NCBI RefSeq assembly: GCF_013149785.1
Contig: NZ_JABEZU010000002.1
Coordinates: 558,001 to 622,000, forward strand
Reading direction: 5' to 3'
DNA length: 64,000 nt
From: Isoptericola halotolerans
Lineage (GTDB): Bacteria > Actinomycetota > Actinomycetes > Actinomycetales > Cellulomonadaceae
The notes beneath the pieces were generated by a model, which had not been told where the DNA came from, searched no databases, and saw only the letters and a program-made list of their open reading frames with translations. Position 1 is the stretch's first letter; the number at the start of each line of letters is the position of its first letter. This document shows, one piece after another, positions 28,017 to 37,778 of this stretch. Position numbers and translations under genes: made by a program.

Positions 28017-28505
28017 ATGACACCGCCCGACGACCACCTGCCCGGGACCGCCCGCGACGCCGCGCGGACCTGGGAGGCGCTCTTCCGCACGCAGGTCACG
28101 CTGATGCGGCGCTTCCAGGCCGACGCCGTCTGGCAGGAGATCTCCATCCGCGAGTACGACGTGCTGTTCACGCTGTCCCGCGCCGAGGGCGGCACCATGC
28201 GCCTGCGCGATCTCAACGAGAGCGTGCTCATGGCGCAGTCGTCCCTCTCCCGGCTCGTCGAACGGCTCGAGGACCGCGAGCTCGTCCTGCGCACCGTGCC
28301 GCCGGACGACGCCCGGGGCACCCTCGTGGCGCTCACGGAGACCGGTCGGCGCATGCAGCGCACCGTCGGACGACGGCACGTGCGCGCGATGGAGCAGTAC
28401 GTCGGCGGCGCGCTCGACACGGCCGAGCAGGCCGAGCTGACCCGCCTGCTCGACCAGCTCAGGAGCGCTCAGCCCTCCATCCCGGACTGGCGCCCGCAGG
28501 ACTGA
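28017..28505 (+). CDS. MarR family regulator
   Basis: EYDVLFTL, QSSLSRLVERLE, DARGTLVALTETG. Confidence 0.9.
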   Translation: MTPPDDHLPGTARDAARTWEALFRTQVTLMRRFQADAVWQEISIREYDVLFTLSRAEGGTMRLRDLNESVLMAQSSLSRLVERLEDRELVLRTVPPDDARGTLVALTETGRRMQRTVGRRHVRAMEQYVGGALDTAEQAELTRLLDQLRSAQPSIPDWRPQD

Positions 28506-28527
28506 CCCGTCCGGATATCCTCGGCGC

Positions 28528-29700
28528 GTGACCTCGCCGATGTCTCCTGAGCCCACACCGCCCCACGTCGTCGTCGTGCCCGACTCGTTCAAGGGCAGCC
28601 TCACGGCCGCCGACGTCGCCGAGGCGCTGCGCAGCGGGGTGCTCGCCGCGGCGCCGCACGCACGGGTGACCTGCCTGGCCATGGCCGACGGCGGCGAGGG
28701 CACCCTCGACGCCCTGCTCACGGCCTGGCGAACCCCCGTCCATCACGTCGAGACCGTCGACGCCGTCGGCCGTCCCACCACCGCTCGGTACGCCGTCTCG
28801 CCCGACGGCCGGACCGGCGTCGTCGAGCTCGCGGAGGCCAGCGGGCTCCCCGCCGTGAGCGACGCGCCCCTGCAGCCCCTGCACGCCGGCACCCACGGGA
28901 CCGGTGCGGTGGCAGCCGCCGTGCTCGACGCAGGGGTCGAGGAGGTGCTGGTCTGCCTGGGCGGCTCCGCGTCCACCGACGGCGGGGCCGGGGTGCTGAC
29001 CGGACTGGGCGCACGCCTGCTGGACGCCGAGGGTCGCCCCGTCCCCGACGGCGGAGAAGGGCTCGCCCAGGTCGCGTCCCTCGACCTGTCCGAGCTGCAC
29101 CCGCGTGCTCGCTCGGTGCGGTGGCGGCTGGCGGTCGACGTCACCAACCCGCTGGTGGGGGAGCTCGGCGCCGCTGCGGTCTTCGGCCCGCAGAAGGGAG
29201 CCGGCCCCGGGGAGGTGGCGTTCCTCGACGAGGCGTTGACCCGGTGGGCCGACCTCCTCGAGCGGGAGACGGGCGTGCGGACCCACGACCTGCCCGGCGC
29301 CGGGGCGGCCGGGGGTGTCCCCTCCGCTCTCGTCGCGCTGCTCGGCGCCGAGCCGGAGCCCGGGGCCACGCTGGTCGCGGAGTCCGTCGGGCTGCCGGCG
29401 GCGCTCGAGGACGCCACGCTGGTGCTCACCGGCGAGGGCTCGTTCGACTCCCAGTCGGTGCGCGGCAAGGTGGCCGACGGCGTCGCGCGGGTCGCTGCGG
29501 CGTCCCCCGCCCGGCCGCCGGTCGTCGTCGTCGCCGGGCAGGTCCTGCTGCCTGCCGAGCAGGCGCGAGCGGCCGGGATCGCCGCGGCGTTCTCGATCGC
29601 GCCCGGTCCGATCGGTCTCGACGACCTCATGTCGCGGACGGCGGTGCGCCTGGCCGACGTCGCGGCGTCGGTCACCAGCCTGGTCCTCGCCGGGCGCTGA
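28528..29700 (+). CDS. Glycerate kinase
   Basis: PDSFKGSL, MADGGEGT, GGSASTDGG, FGPQKGA, TGEGSFDSQSVRGK. Confidence 0.94.
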   Translation: MTSPMSPEPTPPHVVVVPDSFKGSLTAADVAEALRSGVLAAAPHARVTCLAMADGGEGTLDALLTAWRTPVHHVETVDAVGRPTTARYAVSPDGRTGVVELAEASGLPAVSDAPLQPLHAGTHGTGAVAAAVLDAGVEEVLVCLGGSASTDGGAGVLTGLGARLLDAEGRPVPDGGEGLAQVASLDLSELHPRARSVRWRLAVDVTNPLVGELGAAAVFGPQKGAGPGEVAFLDEALTRWADLLERETGVRTHDLPGAGAAGGVPSALVALLGAEPEPGATLVAESVGLPAALEDATLVLTGEGSFDSQSVRGKVADGVARVAAASPARPPVVVVAGQVLLPAEQARAAGIAAAFSIAPGPIGLDDLMSRTAVRLADVAASVTSLVLAGR

Positions 29701-29724
29701 GCCCGGCGCCGCCGAGCCCGAGGT

Positions 29725-31704
29725 TCAGGGGTCGATGTCGTCGTGCAGGACCACGCGCGACAGCTCGACCTCGCCGCCGGGCAGCACCCAGTAGTGCAGG
29801 CGACGGGCCTGCGGAGAGCTCACCTGCAGCGACAGGCGCATCGCGTGGGCGCCGTCGTGCTCCCGCACGAGGTGCGGGCTGCCGCCGCCGTCGCCGCGGC
29901 GCAGCCGGTGCAGCTCGAACCCGGGGACGTCGGGAGCCCGTCCGGTGAGGACGAGGACCACCGCGCGGTGCACCCGGTCCTCCAGGCCCCGCCCGACGTC
30001 GGCGAGCGAGTCGCAGAAGCGGGGCCCGACCGCGAAGTCGGGCAGCGGGTACCGGGCCTTCTCGTCGGGGCCGATGATCTCCACCCAGGTGCGGAGCACG
30101 TCGAACCGAAGCTGGTCCTCCGGGTCGACGAAGCACCGCTCCGGCGCCGCCGACGACGGGCGTGCGGTGCGGTGGCGCTCCTTGCGGGCGCTGCGGATCG
30201 TGGCCTTGTACCGCTCGACGGTGTCGTGCAGCCGGTCGAGCCGGTCGCGCTGCTCGCGGGCCAGGTCGCGCAGCCCGGTGACCTCGAGCTCCAGGGCGTG
30301 CGCGGTGGCGCGCAGCTCCGTCACCTCGCACTCGGCGCGGTCGGCCCGTGACCGGTGCTCGTGGACGGAGAGCTCGAGCTGGTTGACCAGCGTCTTCTTG
30401 GCCGGGTACTTCGGTGACGACGGCGCGGCACCGTGCTGCGGGCGGGCGTCGTCGGGCGAGGTGGCAGCCGGCGTCGGTGCGACCGGCACGGCAGGAGGCG
30501 GACCGGAGCCGCGCGGTGGGACCGCACGGCGGGGACCCGGGCCGGGCAGCGGCCGGGACGGGTCCGTGGCCCGGTCCTGCGTGCCGGACGGTCCGCGGTC
30601 GTCGGGTGTCGCGGCCGAACCCTCCGGGTCGGCGGAGACCAGGGGCTCGTGCGCGGGTTCCGGGAGCCAGGAAGGCCCGCCGTCGAGCAGGCTGAGCGCG
30701 GGGAGCACCGGGTCGGTGTCGGCCACGTCGTCGAGGCGCAGGTCGGGGCGCAGCGTCCCCCCTGCGGGCCCGGGGACGGGGTGGCCGGGCAGCACCCGGG
30801 CCGCGACCGTCTCCCCGACGGAGAACAGGTCACGCAGGTCGTCGTCGCCGCGCGACGCACGGTCCCCCGCCACCCGGACGGTGACGGCCGGGGCGAGAGC
30901 CAGCAGCACGCTGTCGGCGGTGACGTGGTGCACCTGGGCGGGGACGACCGCACCCGGGGGACAGGCGTCGTGGACCTGGGCGAGCTGGGCGGTGGCGTCG
31001 GGCAGCATGTCGCGCACGTCGAACCGGCGGGTACCCGGGTCGAGGCGTCCGCGCACACGCATCCCCGGTGCCAGCAGCCGGTCGATCGGCACGACCGGCC
31101 AGGTGAGCTCCTGGGCGACCTGTGCCGTCGCGCCGGCGGCCGTGCGGACGAGGGCGCGGGTGCCGATGACCCCGAGGACCACCGCCCCGACGGAGCCGGC
31201 CCCCGCCGGGGCGGTGGTCCCGCCGGCGAGCCCCGCGGTGGCTGCGGCGGTGAGGGCGCCCTGGACGAGGCGTTCGTGCACGCGGGTGCTCCCGGCGTCG
31301 TCGTCCGCGAACCACACGGGGGAGCGTGACAGGTCGTGCACCCATCCGACCCCGACGGGGTAGACGCGGGACGCCCCGCCGTACACCTGCGTGCCGGGCG
31401 GCATGCCGTGGGAGAACGCCCAGGACGGTTCCCCGGTGTGCACCACGACGACCTCGGCCAGCCCGCGGACCTCGTCCAGCACCCGGTGCGGGTCGACGGA
31501 GGGTCCCCGGTCGCGCGGGGTGGAGACGACCACGACCGGCCAGGCGCGATCGGTGCGCTGCAGGCGGGCTGCCAGCGCCTCGGCGTCGGCGGTGGTGCGC
31601 GCGTGGCCCACGACGGTCGGGACGGGTGGCCGGGCGGTGTCCGTGGCGCCGTGCCCTCCGGCGTCGCCCGTGCCGCGCCGGGCCGAGGTGCGGACTGGGG
31701 TCAC
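29725..31704 (-). CDS. Uncharacterised multidomain protein: two S1/OB-like domains, Pro-rich linker, coiled coil, RelE/ParE-like C-terminus
   Basis: GAAGGAGG RBS before GTG; S1 pattern PGAVVPAQVHHV...LRDLFSVGETVAARV; C-terminal RRLHYW...VELSRVVLHDD. Confidence 0.7.
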   Translation of the reverse strand: MTPVRTSARRGTGDAGGHGATDTARPPVPTVVGHARTTADAEALAARLQRTDRAWPVVVVSTPRDRGPSVDPHRVLDEVRGLAEVVVVHTGEPSWAFSHGMPPGTQVYGGASRVYPVGVGWVHDLSRSPVWFADDDAGSTRVHERLVQGALTAAATAGLAGGTTAPAGAGSVGAVVLGVIGTRALVRTAAGATAQVAQELTWPVVPIDRLLAPGMRVRGRLDPGTRRFDVRDMLPDATAQLAQVHDACPPGAVVPAQVHHVTADSVLLALAPAVTVRVAGDRASRGDDDLRDLFSVGETVAARVLPGHPVPGPAGGTLRPDLRLDDVADTDPVLPALSLLDGGPSWLPEPAHEPLVSADPEGSAATPDDRGPSGTQDRATDPSRPLPGPGPRRAVPPRGSGPPPAVPVAPTPAATSPDDARPQHGAAPSSPKYPAKKTLVNQLELSVHEHRSRADRAECEVTELRATAHALELEVTGLRDLAREQRDRLDRLHDTVERYKATIRSARKERHRTARPSSAAPERCFVDPEDQLRFDVLRTWVEIIGPDEKARYPLPDFAVGPRFCDSLADVGRGLEDRVHRAVVLVLTGRAPDVPGFELHRLRRGDGGGSPHLVREHDGAHAMRLSLQVSSPQARRLHYWVLPGGEVELSRVVLHDDIDP

Positions 31705-31872
31705 GTCGCCTCCTTCGGCTCACGGGCGTACCGGGTCCTCCGAGCCTACCGGCCGTCGTGACCTGATCGTGACATTTGAGGATGCGGTCCGCGCGAGATG
31801 ACGCGACGTCGGTTCAATGTCACGTCCGACGGGACGTCCTCCGGGCGCCCGTCGGGCCGGACCGGTGCAAGG

Positions 31873-33027
31873 ATGAGCCTCATGCCGATGACCCCCCGCT
31901 CGGCCGACGCCGGCCCGTACGACGCCCTGTTCCTGTACTCCTTCGGTGGTCCGAACAAGGCGGAGGACGTCGTGCCGTTCCTCCGCAACGTGACCGCGGG
32001 CAAGGGGATCCCCGACTCCCGCCTCGAGGAGGTCGGCGAGCACTACTACGGCTTCGGCGGCAAGAGCCCCATCAACGAGCAGAACCTCGCGCTGAAGGCG
32101 GCGCTCGAGGCCGAGCTCGCCGACCGGGGTGTCGACCTGCCGGTCGTGTGGGGCAACCGCAACTGGGAGCCGTACACCGACGACGCGGTCGACGAGCTCG
32201 AACGGCTGGGCGCGCAGCGTGCCGTCGCTCTGGTGACCTCCGCGTACTCGTCCTACTCGGGGTGCCGCCAGTACCGCGAGGACCTGGCCGTGACGCTGCA
32301 GAAGCGTGGCCAGCTCGGCTCCGCGGGCTCCACCGGCGTGCAGTTCGACAAGATCCGCTCGTACTTCAACCACCCGGGGTTCGTGCAGGCCAACGTCGAG
32401 GCCGTCCTCGAGGGCTATGCCCGGCTCGAGGCACAGGGCGGTGCGCCCGCCGCGGCGAAGCTCGTGTTCGTCACGCACTCGATCCCCGACACCATGGAGG
32501 CGGCCTCACGGGTCTCCGGTGCCACCTACGCGGCACAGCACCTCGACGTGGCCGAGGTCATCGCCGGTCAGGTCGCCGCCGAGCGGGGCCACGCCGTCGA
32601 GTGGGAGCTCGCGTACTGCTCGCGCTCGGGGCCGCCGACGCAGCCGTGGCTCGAGCCGGACATCAACGACCTGCTCACGGAACGTGCGGGCGAGGGCCTG
32701 CGCGACGTCGTGATGTCGCCCATCGGGTTCGTCTCGGACCACATGGAGGTCGCCTACGACCTCGACACCGAGGCGATGCAGACCGCCACCGAGCTCGGCA
32801 TGAACGCCGTGCGCGCGGGCACCGTCGGCACCCGTCCCGCGTTCGTCGCCGGCCTCGTCGACCTCCTGCTCGAGCGTGCGGCCATCGCGCGCGGCGAGGA
32901 CGTCGAGCAGGCCACGGTCGGCGACCTGCCCGCCTTCCGCTCCGTGTGCGAGGTCGACTGCTGCCTGCGGCGCGACGGCGAGCCGAGCGGCGTGCCCGCC
33001 CTGTGCTCGCGCGACCTGACCCGCTGA
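31873..33027 (+). CDS. hemH: Coproporphyrin ferrochelatase (CpfC)
   Basis: [38 protein letters not shown]; Cys-rich C-terminus (CEVDCC); start 31873 or 31882. Confidence 0.95.
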   Translation: MSLMPMTPRSADAGPYDALFLYSFGGPNKAEDVVPFLRNVTAGKGIPDSRLEEVGEHYYGFGGKSPINEQNLALKAALEAELADRGVDLPVVWGNRNWEPYTDDAVDELERLGAQRAVALVTSAYSSYSGCRQYREDLAVTLQKRGQLGSAGSTGVQFDKIRSYFNHPGFVQANVEAVLEGYARLEAQGGAPAAAKLVFVTHSIPDTMEAASRVSGATYAAQHLDVAEVIAGQVAAERGHAVEWELAYCSRSGPPTQPWLEPDINDLLTERAGEGLRDVVMSPIGFVSDHMEVAYDLDTEAMQTATELGMNAVRAGTVGTRPAFVAGLVDLLLERAAIARGEDVEQATVGDLPAFRSVCEVDCCLRRDGEPSGVPALCSRDLTR

Positions 33028-33061
33028 GCAGACCCGCCGTACCGGACCAGAAGGAGCGCAC

Positions 33062-33832
33062 GTGACCGACCACCACATCCACGCAGACACCGGCGAGGCC
33101 GTCGACGCCCAGGCCATCAACGAGTCCGTCCGCTACGCGATGATCTCGGTGTTCTCCGTGGCAGAGCCCCTGCCGGCCGAGGACGGCGCCCGCGCCGAGG
33201 CGGTCGAGGAGGCCGTCACGGCGCTGTGGGGCGACGGCGCCCACGACGGCACCGACCGCGACGCGTCCCGGACGCACGGCGACGTGGTGGTGCGCGGTGT
33301 CTACGACGTGGCGGGCCTGCGCGCCGACGCCGACCTCATGATCTGGGTGCACGGACCCACCGTGGAGTCCGTGCAGCACGCCTACCAGCGGCTGCGCGCC
33401 TCCCGGCTCGGGGCCGCTCTCGCGCCCGAGTGGTCCGTCGTGGCGCTGCACCGCGCCGCCGAGTTCAACAAGGGTCACGTGCCGGCCTTTCTCGCCGGCG
33501 AGCAGCCGCGGGACTACCTCTGCGTGTACCCGTTCGTCCGGTCCTACGACTGGTACCTGCTGCCCGACGCGGAGCGCCGGACGATGCTGCGCGACCACGG
33601 CATCGCCGCCGCGGGCTACGCCGACGTGCGGGCGAACACGATGAGCACGTTCGCCCTGAGCGACTACGAGTGGCTCCTGGCCTTCGAGGCGGACGAGCTG
33701 CACCGCATCGTGGACCTCATGCGCGACCTGCGGGCCACCGAGGCCCGCCGGCACGTGCGCGAGGAGGTGCCGTTCTTCACCGGCCCGCGGGTCTCGCTGG
33801 GTGACTGGGCGGACCGGCAGCCCCTCGCCTGA
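33062..33832 (+). CDS. hemQ: Coproheme decarboxylase (ChdC)
   Basis: [38 protein letters not shown]; follows hemH. Confidence 0.95.
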   Translation: MTDHHIHADTGEAVDAQAINESVRYAMISVFSVAEPLPAEDGARAEAVEEAVTALWGDGAHDGTDRDASRTHGDVVVRGVYDVAGLRADADLMIWVHGPTVESVQHAYQRLRASRLGAALAPEWSVVALHRAAEFNKGHVPAFLAGEQPRDYLCVYPFVRSYDWYLLPDAERRTMLRDHGIAAAGYADVRANTMSTFALSDYEWLLAFEADELHRIVDLMRDLRATEARRHVREEVPFFTGPRVSLGDWADRQPLA

Positions 33833-33882
33833 CCTGCTCGGTTCCAGGTGCTCAGGGGCCTGATCTTCGCCATGCTGGACCC

Positions 33883-34704
33883 ATGAGCACCTCCGAGGCC
33901 GCCACGACGCCCCCCACCGCCGCCGACCGCGTCCGCCAGGCCGTCGTCCTGGTCGGCTCCCTGGTCGCCGTCGCCGTCGCCGCCCTCGGCGCGGGGGCGG
34001 GCGGCGACCAGCCGGTCTCCGAGGCGGCGGGCGGTGCGCTGTCCGCCGACGCCACCGTGGTCGCGCCCGGCTCGCCGGCGTTCTCCATCTGGTCGGTGAT
34101 CTACGCCGGGCTGCTGCTGTTCGCGGTCGTGCAGGCGCTGCCCGGACGAGCCACCGACCCCCGCCTGCGGGCGATCGGCTGGTGGGTGCTCGGCACCATG
34201 CTGCTCAACGCCGTCTGGATCGGCGTGGTCCAGGCCGGCTGGCTGTGGGGCAGCGTGCTGGTGATCGTCGCGCTGCTGGCCGTGCTGTGCGTCACCTTCG
34301 TGCGGGTGCTGCGGATCCCCTCGACCAGGCCGCTGGACACGGTGGCGACCGACGTCACGCTCGGCCTCTACCTCGGCTGGGTGAGCGTCGCCACGCTGGC
34401 CAACGTCGCGGCCACGCTCGCCGCGGACGACGTGGGGGAGCTCGGGCTCGGCGAGAGCGTGTGGGGTGCGATCCTGGTCGCCGCGGGAGCACTCGTGTCC
34501 GTGGCGGTGGCGGTCTACGGTCGTTCGCTGCCGAGCCTGACGATCCCCGTCGGCCTCGCTGCCGGGTGGGGGCTCGCCTGGATCGCGGTGGCGCGGACGC
34601 AGGGTCCCCTCACGGACGTCGTCGTCGCCGTGGCTGCCACGGTCGCCGCGGTCCTCGCCGTCGTGGCACCGATCCTCGTCACCCTGGCCCGACGCCCCCG
34701 GTAG
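33883..34704 (+). CDS. TspO/MBR family tryptophan-rich sensory protein
   Basis: PAFSIWSVIY, LNAVWI, GLYLGWVSVATLAN. Confidence 0.82.
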   Translation: MSTSEAATTPPTAADRVRQAVVLVGSLVAVAVAALGAGAGGDQPVSEAAGGALSADATVVAPGSPAFSIWSVIYAGLLLFAVVQALPGRATDPRLRAIGWWVLGTMLLNAVWIGVVQAGWLWGSVLVIVALLAVLCVTFVRVLRIPSTRPLDTVATDVTLGLYLGWVSVATLANVAATLAADDVGELGLGESVWGAILVAAGALVSVAVAVYGRSLPSLTIPVGLAAGWGLAWIAVARTQGPLTDVVVAVAATVAAVLAVVAPILVTLARRPR

Positions 34705-35512
34705 ACGCCGTCGCCACGATCACGATCCCGCCGGCGCCGTCCTCGTCGTGCACGACGCGACCGGAGAGTCCTGCGGCGCCGACGAGCGCCAGCGCACCGG
34801 CGACCTGATCGGTGCCCACCTCGAACAGCAGGGTGCCGCCCGGCCGCAGCCAGCCGGGCGCCTCCGCGGCCACCCGGCGCAGCACGTCGAGCCCGTCAGG
34901 GCCGCCGTCCAGCGCCACCACCGGTTCGTGGTCACGGGCCTCGGCGGGCATGGTGGCGATCGCCTCGGTGGGCACGTACGGCGCGTGGCACAGCAGCACG
35001 TCGACGGTCCCGCGCAGCCCGGGCGGGAACGGGTCGAAGAGGTCGCCGTGGTGGACGAGGCCGCCCAGCGGGCCGATGTTCGCCCGGGCGTGCTGCACGG
35101 CGGTCCGGTCGACGTCGCCCGCGTGCAGGACCACGCCTCGCCTCGACACCCCGGCGGCACCCGGCGGACCGGCCTGCACGGCGCGGACCACCGCACCGCC
35201 CACCGCACCGCTCCCGCAGCACAGGTCGAGGACGACCGCCGGCTGCGAGCCCACGCGACGCCCGAGCACCGCGACGGCGCCGGCGACCATGAGCTCGGAG
35301 CGGCGGCGGGGGACGAAGACGCCCCGGCCCACGGACCACCGGTGCCCGGCGAGCTCCGCCCACCCCAGCAGGTGCTCCAGCGGCTCGCCGGCCACCCGGC
35401 GCGCGACCAGCCCGGTGAGCTCGTCCCCCGACTGCTCGGCGAGCAGCAGCCGTGCCTCGTCCTCGGCGAACACGCAGCCGGCCGCGCGCAGGCGCGCCGC
35501 GATTTCCTCCAC
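34679..35512 (-). CDS. HemK/PrmC-related N5-glutamine methyltransferase
   Basis: LRAAGCVFAEDEA, RRVAGEPLEH, VFVPRRRS, DLCCGSG, ALDGGPDGL. Confidence 0.88.
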   Translation of the reverse strand: MEEIAARLRAAGCVFAEDEARLLLAEQSGDELTGLVARRVAGEPLEHLLGWAELAGHRWSVGRGVFVPRRRSELMVAGAVAVLGRRVGSQPAVVLDLCCGSGAVGGAVVRAVQAGPPGAAGVSRRGVVLHAGDVDRTAVQHARANIGPLGGLVHHGDLFDPFPPGLRGTVDVLLCHAPYVPTEAIATMPAEARDHEPVVALDGGPDGLDVLRRVAAEAPGWLRPGGTLLFEVGTDQVAGALALVGAAGLSGRVVHDEDGAGGIVIVATASTGGVGPG

Positions 35513-35520
35513 GGCGGGTC

Positions 35521-36795
35521 TCAGGGGTAGAGCCCTCGGATCTCGTGCGCCTCGGCCGTGCGCCGCACGCCGATGACCAGTGCCGCCTCGCGCAACGAGA
35601 TGCCGTCACGTCGAGCCAGGGCCGAGACGTCGGCGTAGGCCGACGACATCCGGCGCGCGAGCTTCTCCGCGATCTCCTGCTCCGACCACCAGTACGTCTG
35701 GTTGGCCTGCACCCACTCGAAGTAGGAGACGACGACGCCGCCCGCGTTGGCCAGCACGTCCGGCACCACGGTCACCCCGTTGGCCGCGAGGAGACGGTCG
35801 CCCTTCGCCGTGGTCGGGCCGTTCGCCCCTTCCACGACCCAGCGGGCACGGACGGTCCCGGCCGTCGACTCGTCGAGGACACCTTCCACGGCGGCCGGGA
35901 CGAGGACGTCGACGTCGAGGGCCAGGAGCTCGTCGTTCGAGACGGGGTCGCCGCCGTCGAACCCCTGGACCGACCCGGTCGCCTCGACGTGCTGCTGCAG
36001 CCGCGCCACGTCCAGCCCGTCGTCCGCCCGGACGCCCCCGTACTGGTCGCTCACCGCGACGACCCGCGCGCCCCGGTCGGCGAAGATCGACGCCGCATGC
36101 CCACCGACCTTGCCGAAGCCCTGGATGGCCACGGTGACCTCGGTCAGCGGCACCTCCGCCTCCTTGAGGGCCGCGGCGGTGACGTGCACGATCCCGGCGC
36201 TGGTGGCCGTCTCACGGCCGAGGGAACCACCCACCGCCAGCGGCTTGCCGGTCACCACGGCCGGGATCGTGTAGCCGCGGTTGACCGAGTACGTGTCCAT
36301 CACCCACGCCATCGTCTGGGCGTCGGTGCCCATGTCGGGAGCCATGACGTCGGTGTCCGGGCCGATCATCGGCATGATCTCGGAGGTGTAGCGACGCGTC
36401 ACCCGCTCGAGCTCGGCCTGCGAGTACTCACGCGGGTCGATGTCGATGCCACCCTTGGCGCCGCCGTAGGGCAGGTCCACGATGCCGCACTTCCAGGTCA
36501 TCCACATCGCGAGCGCCCGGACCTCGTCGACGTCCACGGCGGGGTGGTAGCGCAGCCCGCCCTTGCCCGGGCCCCGCGAGACGTTGTGCTGCACCCGGAA
36601 GCCGTGGAACAGCACCGTCTCGCCGCTGTCCCGGCGCAGCGGCACGGCGACGTGTGTCTCCCGCCGGGGCGTCGCCAGCATCTGGTGCATGCCGTCGTCG
36701 TACCCCAGGTGGGTGACGGCCGTCGTCAGCTGGCCCTGAGCCGTCGCCAGGGGTGAGGCGTCAGCCGTCACGGATGCGGTGGTCGCCGTCGTCAT
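35521..36795 (-). CDS. gdhA: Glu/Leu/Phe/Val dehydrogenase (glutamate dehydrogenase)
   Basis: GPGKGGLRY, MTWK, GGAKGG, QGFGKVG, EGANGP, NAGGVVVSYFEW. Confidence 0.93.
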   Translation of the reverse strand: MTTATTASVTADASPLATAQGQLTTAVTHLGYDDGMHQMLATPRRETHVAVPLRRDSGETVLFHGFRVQHNVSRGPGKGGLRYHPAVDVDEVRALAMWMTWKCGIVDLPYGGAKGGIDIDPREYSQAELERVTRRYTSEIMPMIGPDTDVMAPDMGTDAQTMAWVMDTYSVNRGYTIPAVVTGKPLAVGGSLGRETATSAGIVHVTAAALKEAEVPLTEVTVAIQGFGKVGGHAASIFADRGARVVAVSDQYGGVRADDGLDVARLQQHVEATGSVQGFDGGDPVSNDELLALDVDVLVPAAVEGVLDESTAGTVRARWVVEGANGPTTAKGDRLLAANGVTVVPDVLANAGGVVVSYFEWVQANQTYWWSEQEIAEKLARRMSSAYADVSALARRDGISLREAALVIGVRRTAEAHEIRGLYP

Positions 36796-36905
36796 CGTCA
36801 ACGGATCCTCCAGAGAGCAGGGGCAGCCGACCCTCGTGGGGTGCTGCCAGGGGTGGCGCGGCCCTGGTCGTGGGCCTCGGTGGAACGGTAGCGCGTCCGG
36901 GTCGG

Positions 36906-37736
36906 TCAGTGCCCGAACTCGTCGGAGTCGGTGACGTGCGCCTCGCCCCGGTCGAGAGCGCTGATCGTGGCCAGCTCGTCGGCCGTCAGCTCGAGGTCGA
37001 GGGCAGCGAGGTTCTCCCGCTGGCGCTCGGGCGAGGACGACTTGGGGACCGTCACCAGACCACGCTGGGTGACCCAGCGCAGCACGACCTGGGCGGGCGT
37101 CGCGCCGTGCGTGGTCGCGATCTGCGTGATGGCCGGGTCGTCGAGCATGGTGGCGGGCTTCAGAGGGCTCCACGCCTCGGTGACGATGCCGTGGTCGGTG
37201 CCGAAGGCGACCGTCGCGTCCCGGGTGGCGTACGGGTTGAGGTTGATCTGGTTGACGTCCGGTGCCACGCCGGTCGCATCGAGGAGACGCTGCAGGTGCG
37301 CCGGCTTGAAGTTCGACGTGCCGACGGCCCGTACGACGCCGTCCTCGAGCAGGCGGACCAACCCCTGCCACGCCTCGACGTAGCGGTCCTGGCCGGGGTT
37401 CGGCCAGTGGATCAGCAGCAGGTCGAGGTAGTCGACGCCGAGGCGCTCCAGGCTGGCCTCGCACGCCTGGCGGGCACCCTCGACGCTGTGCCAGCGCTTG
37501 TTGAACTTGGTCGTGAGGAACAGCTCGGACCGGTCGATCCCGGCGTCGCGCACGCCTCGACCGACGCCGCGCTCGTTGCCGTAGTTCTCCGCGGTGTCGA
37601 TCGAGCGGTACCCGGACTCGATCGCGGTGCGTACCGCGACGGCGGACTCGGCGTCGTCCATCGGCCAGGTGCCCAGGCCGAGGAGGGGCATCCGCGCTCC
37701 GTGGGACAGGGTGATCGTGGGTGCTGTGGTGCTCAT
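36906..37736 (-). CDS. Aldo/keto reductase (2,5-DKG reductase-like)
   Basis: GLGTW, IDTAENYGNE, LLIHWP, GTSNF, PKSS. Confidence 0.93.
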   Translation of the reverse strand: MSTTAPTITLSHGARMPLLGLGTWPMDDAESAVAVRTAIESGYRSIDTAENYGNERGVGRGVRDAGIDRSELFLTTKFNKRWHSVEGARQACEASLERLGVDYLDLLLIHWPNPGQDRYVEAWQGLVRLLEDGVVRAVGTSNFKPAHLQRLLDATGVAPDVNQINLNPYATRDATVAFGTDHGIVTEAWSPLKPATMLDDPAITQIATTHGATPAQVVLRWVTQRGLVTVPKSSSPERQRENLAALDLELTADELATISALDRGEAHVTDSDEFGH

Positions 37737-37778
37737 GGCACGCAACCTACGCCCCGGCGGCGGCGCGTGCGAAGGGGA

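Noticed and set aside
36796..36890. Riboswitch in the gdh leader
   Set aside because: GC-rich stems can be drawn but no known aptamer consensus is recognisable; an Rfam/Infernal search would be needed
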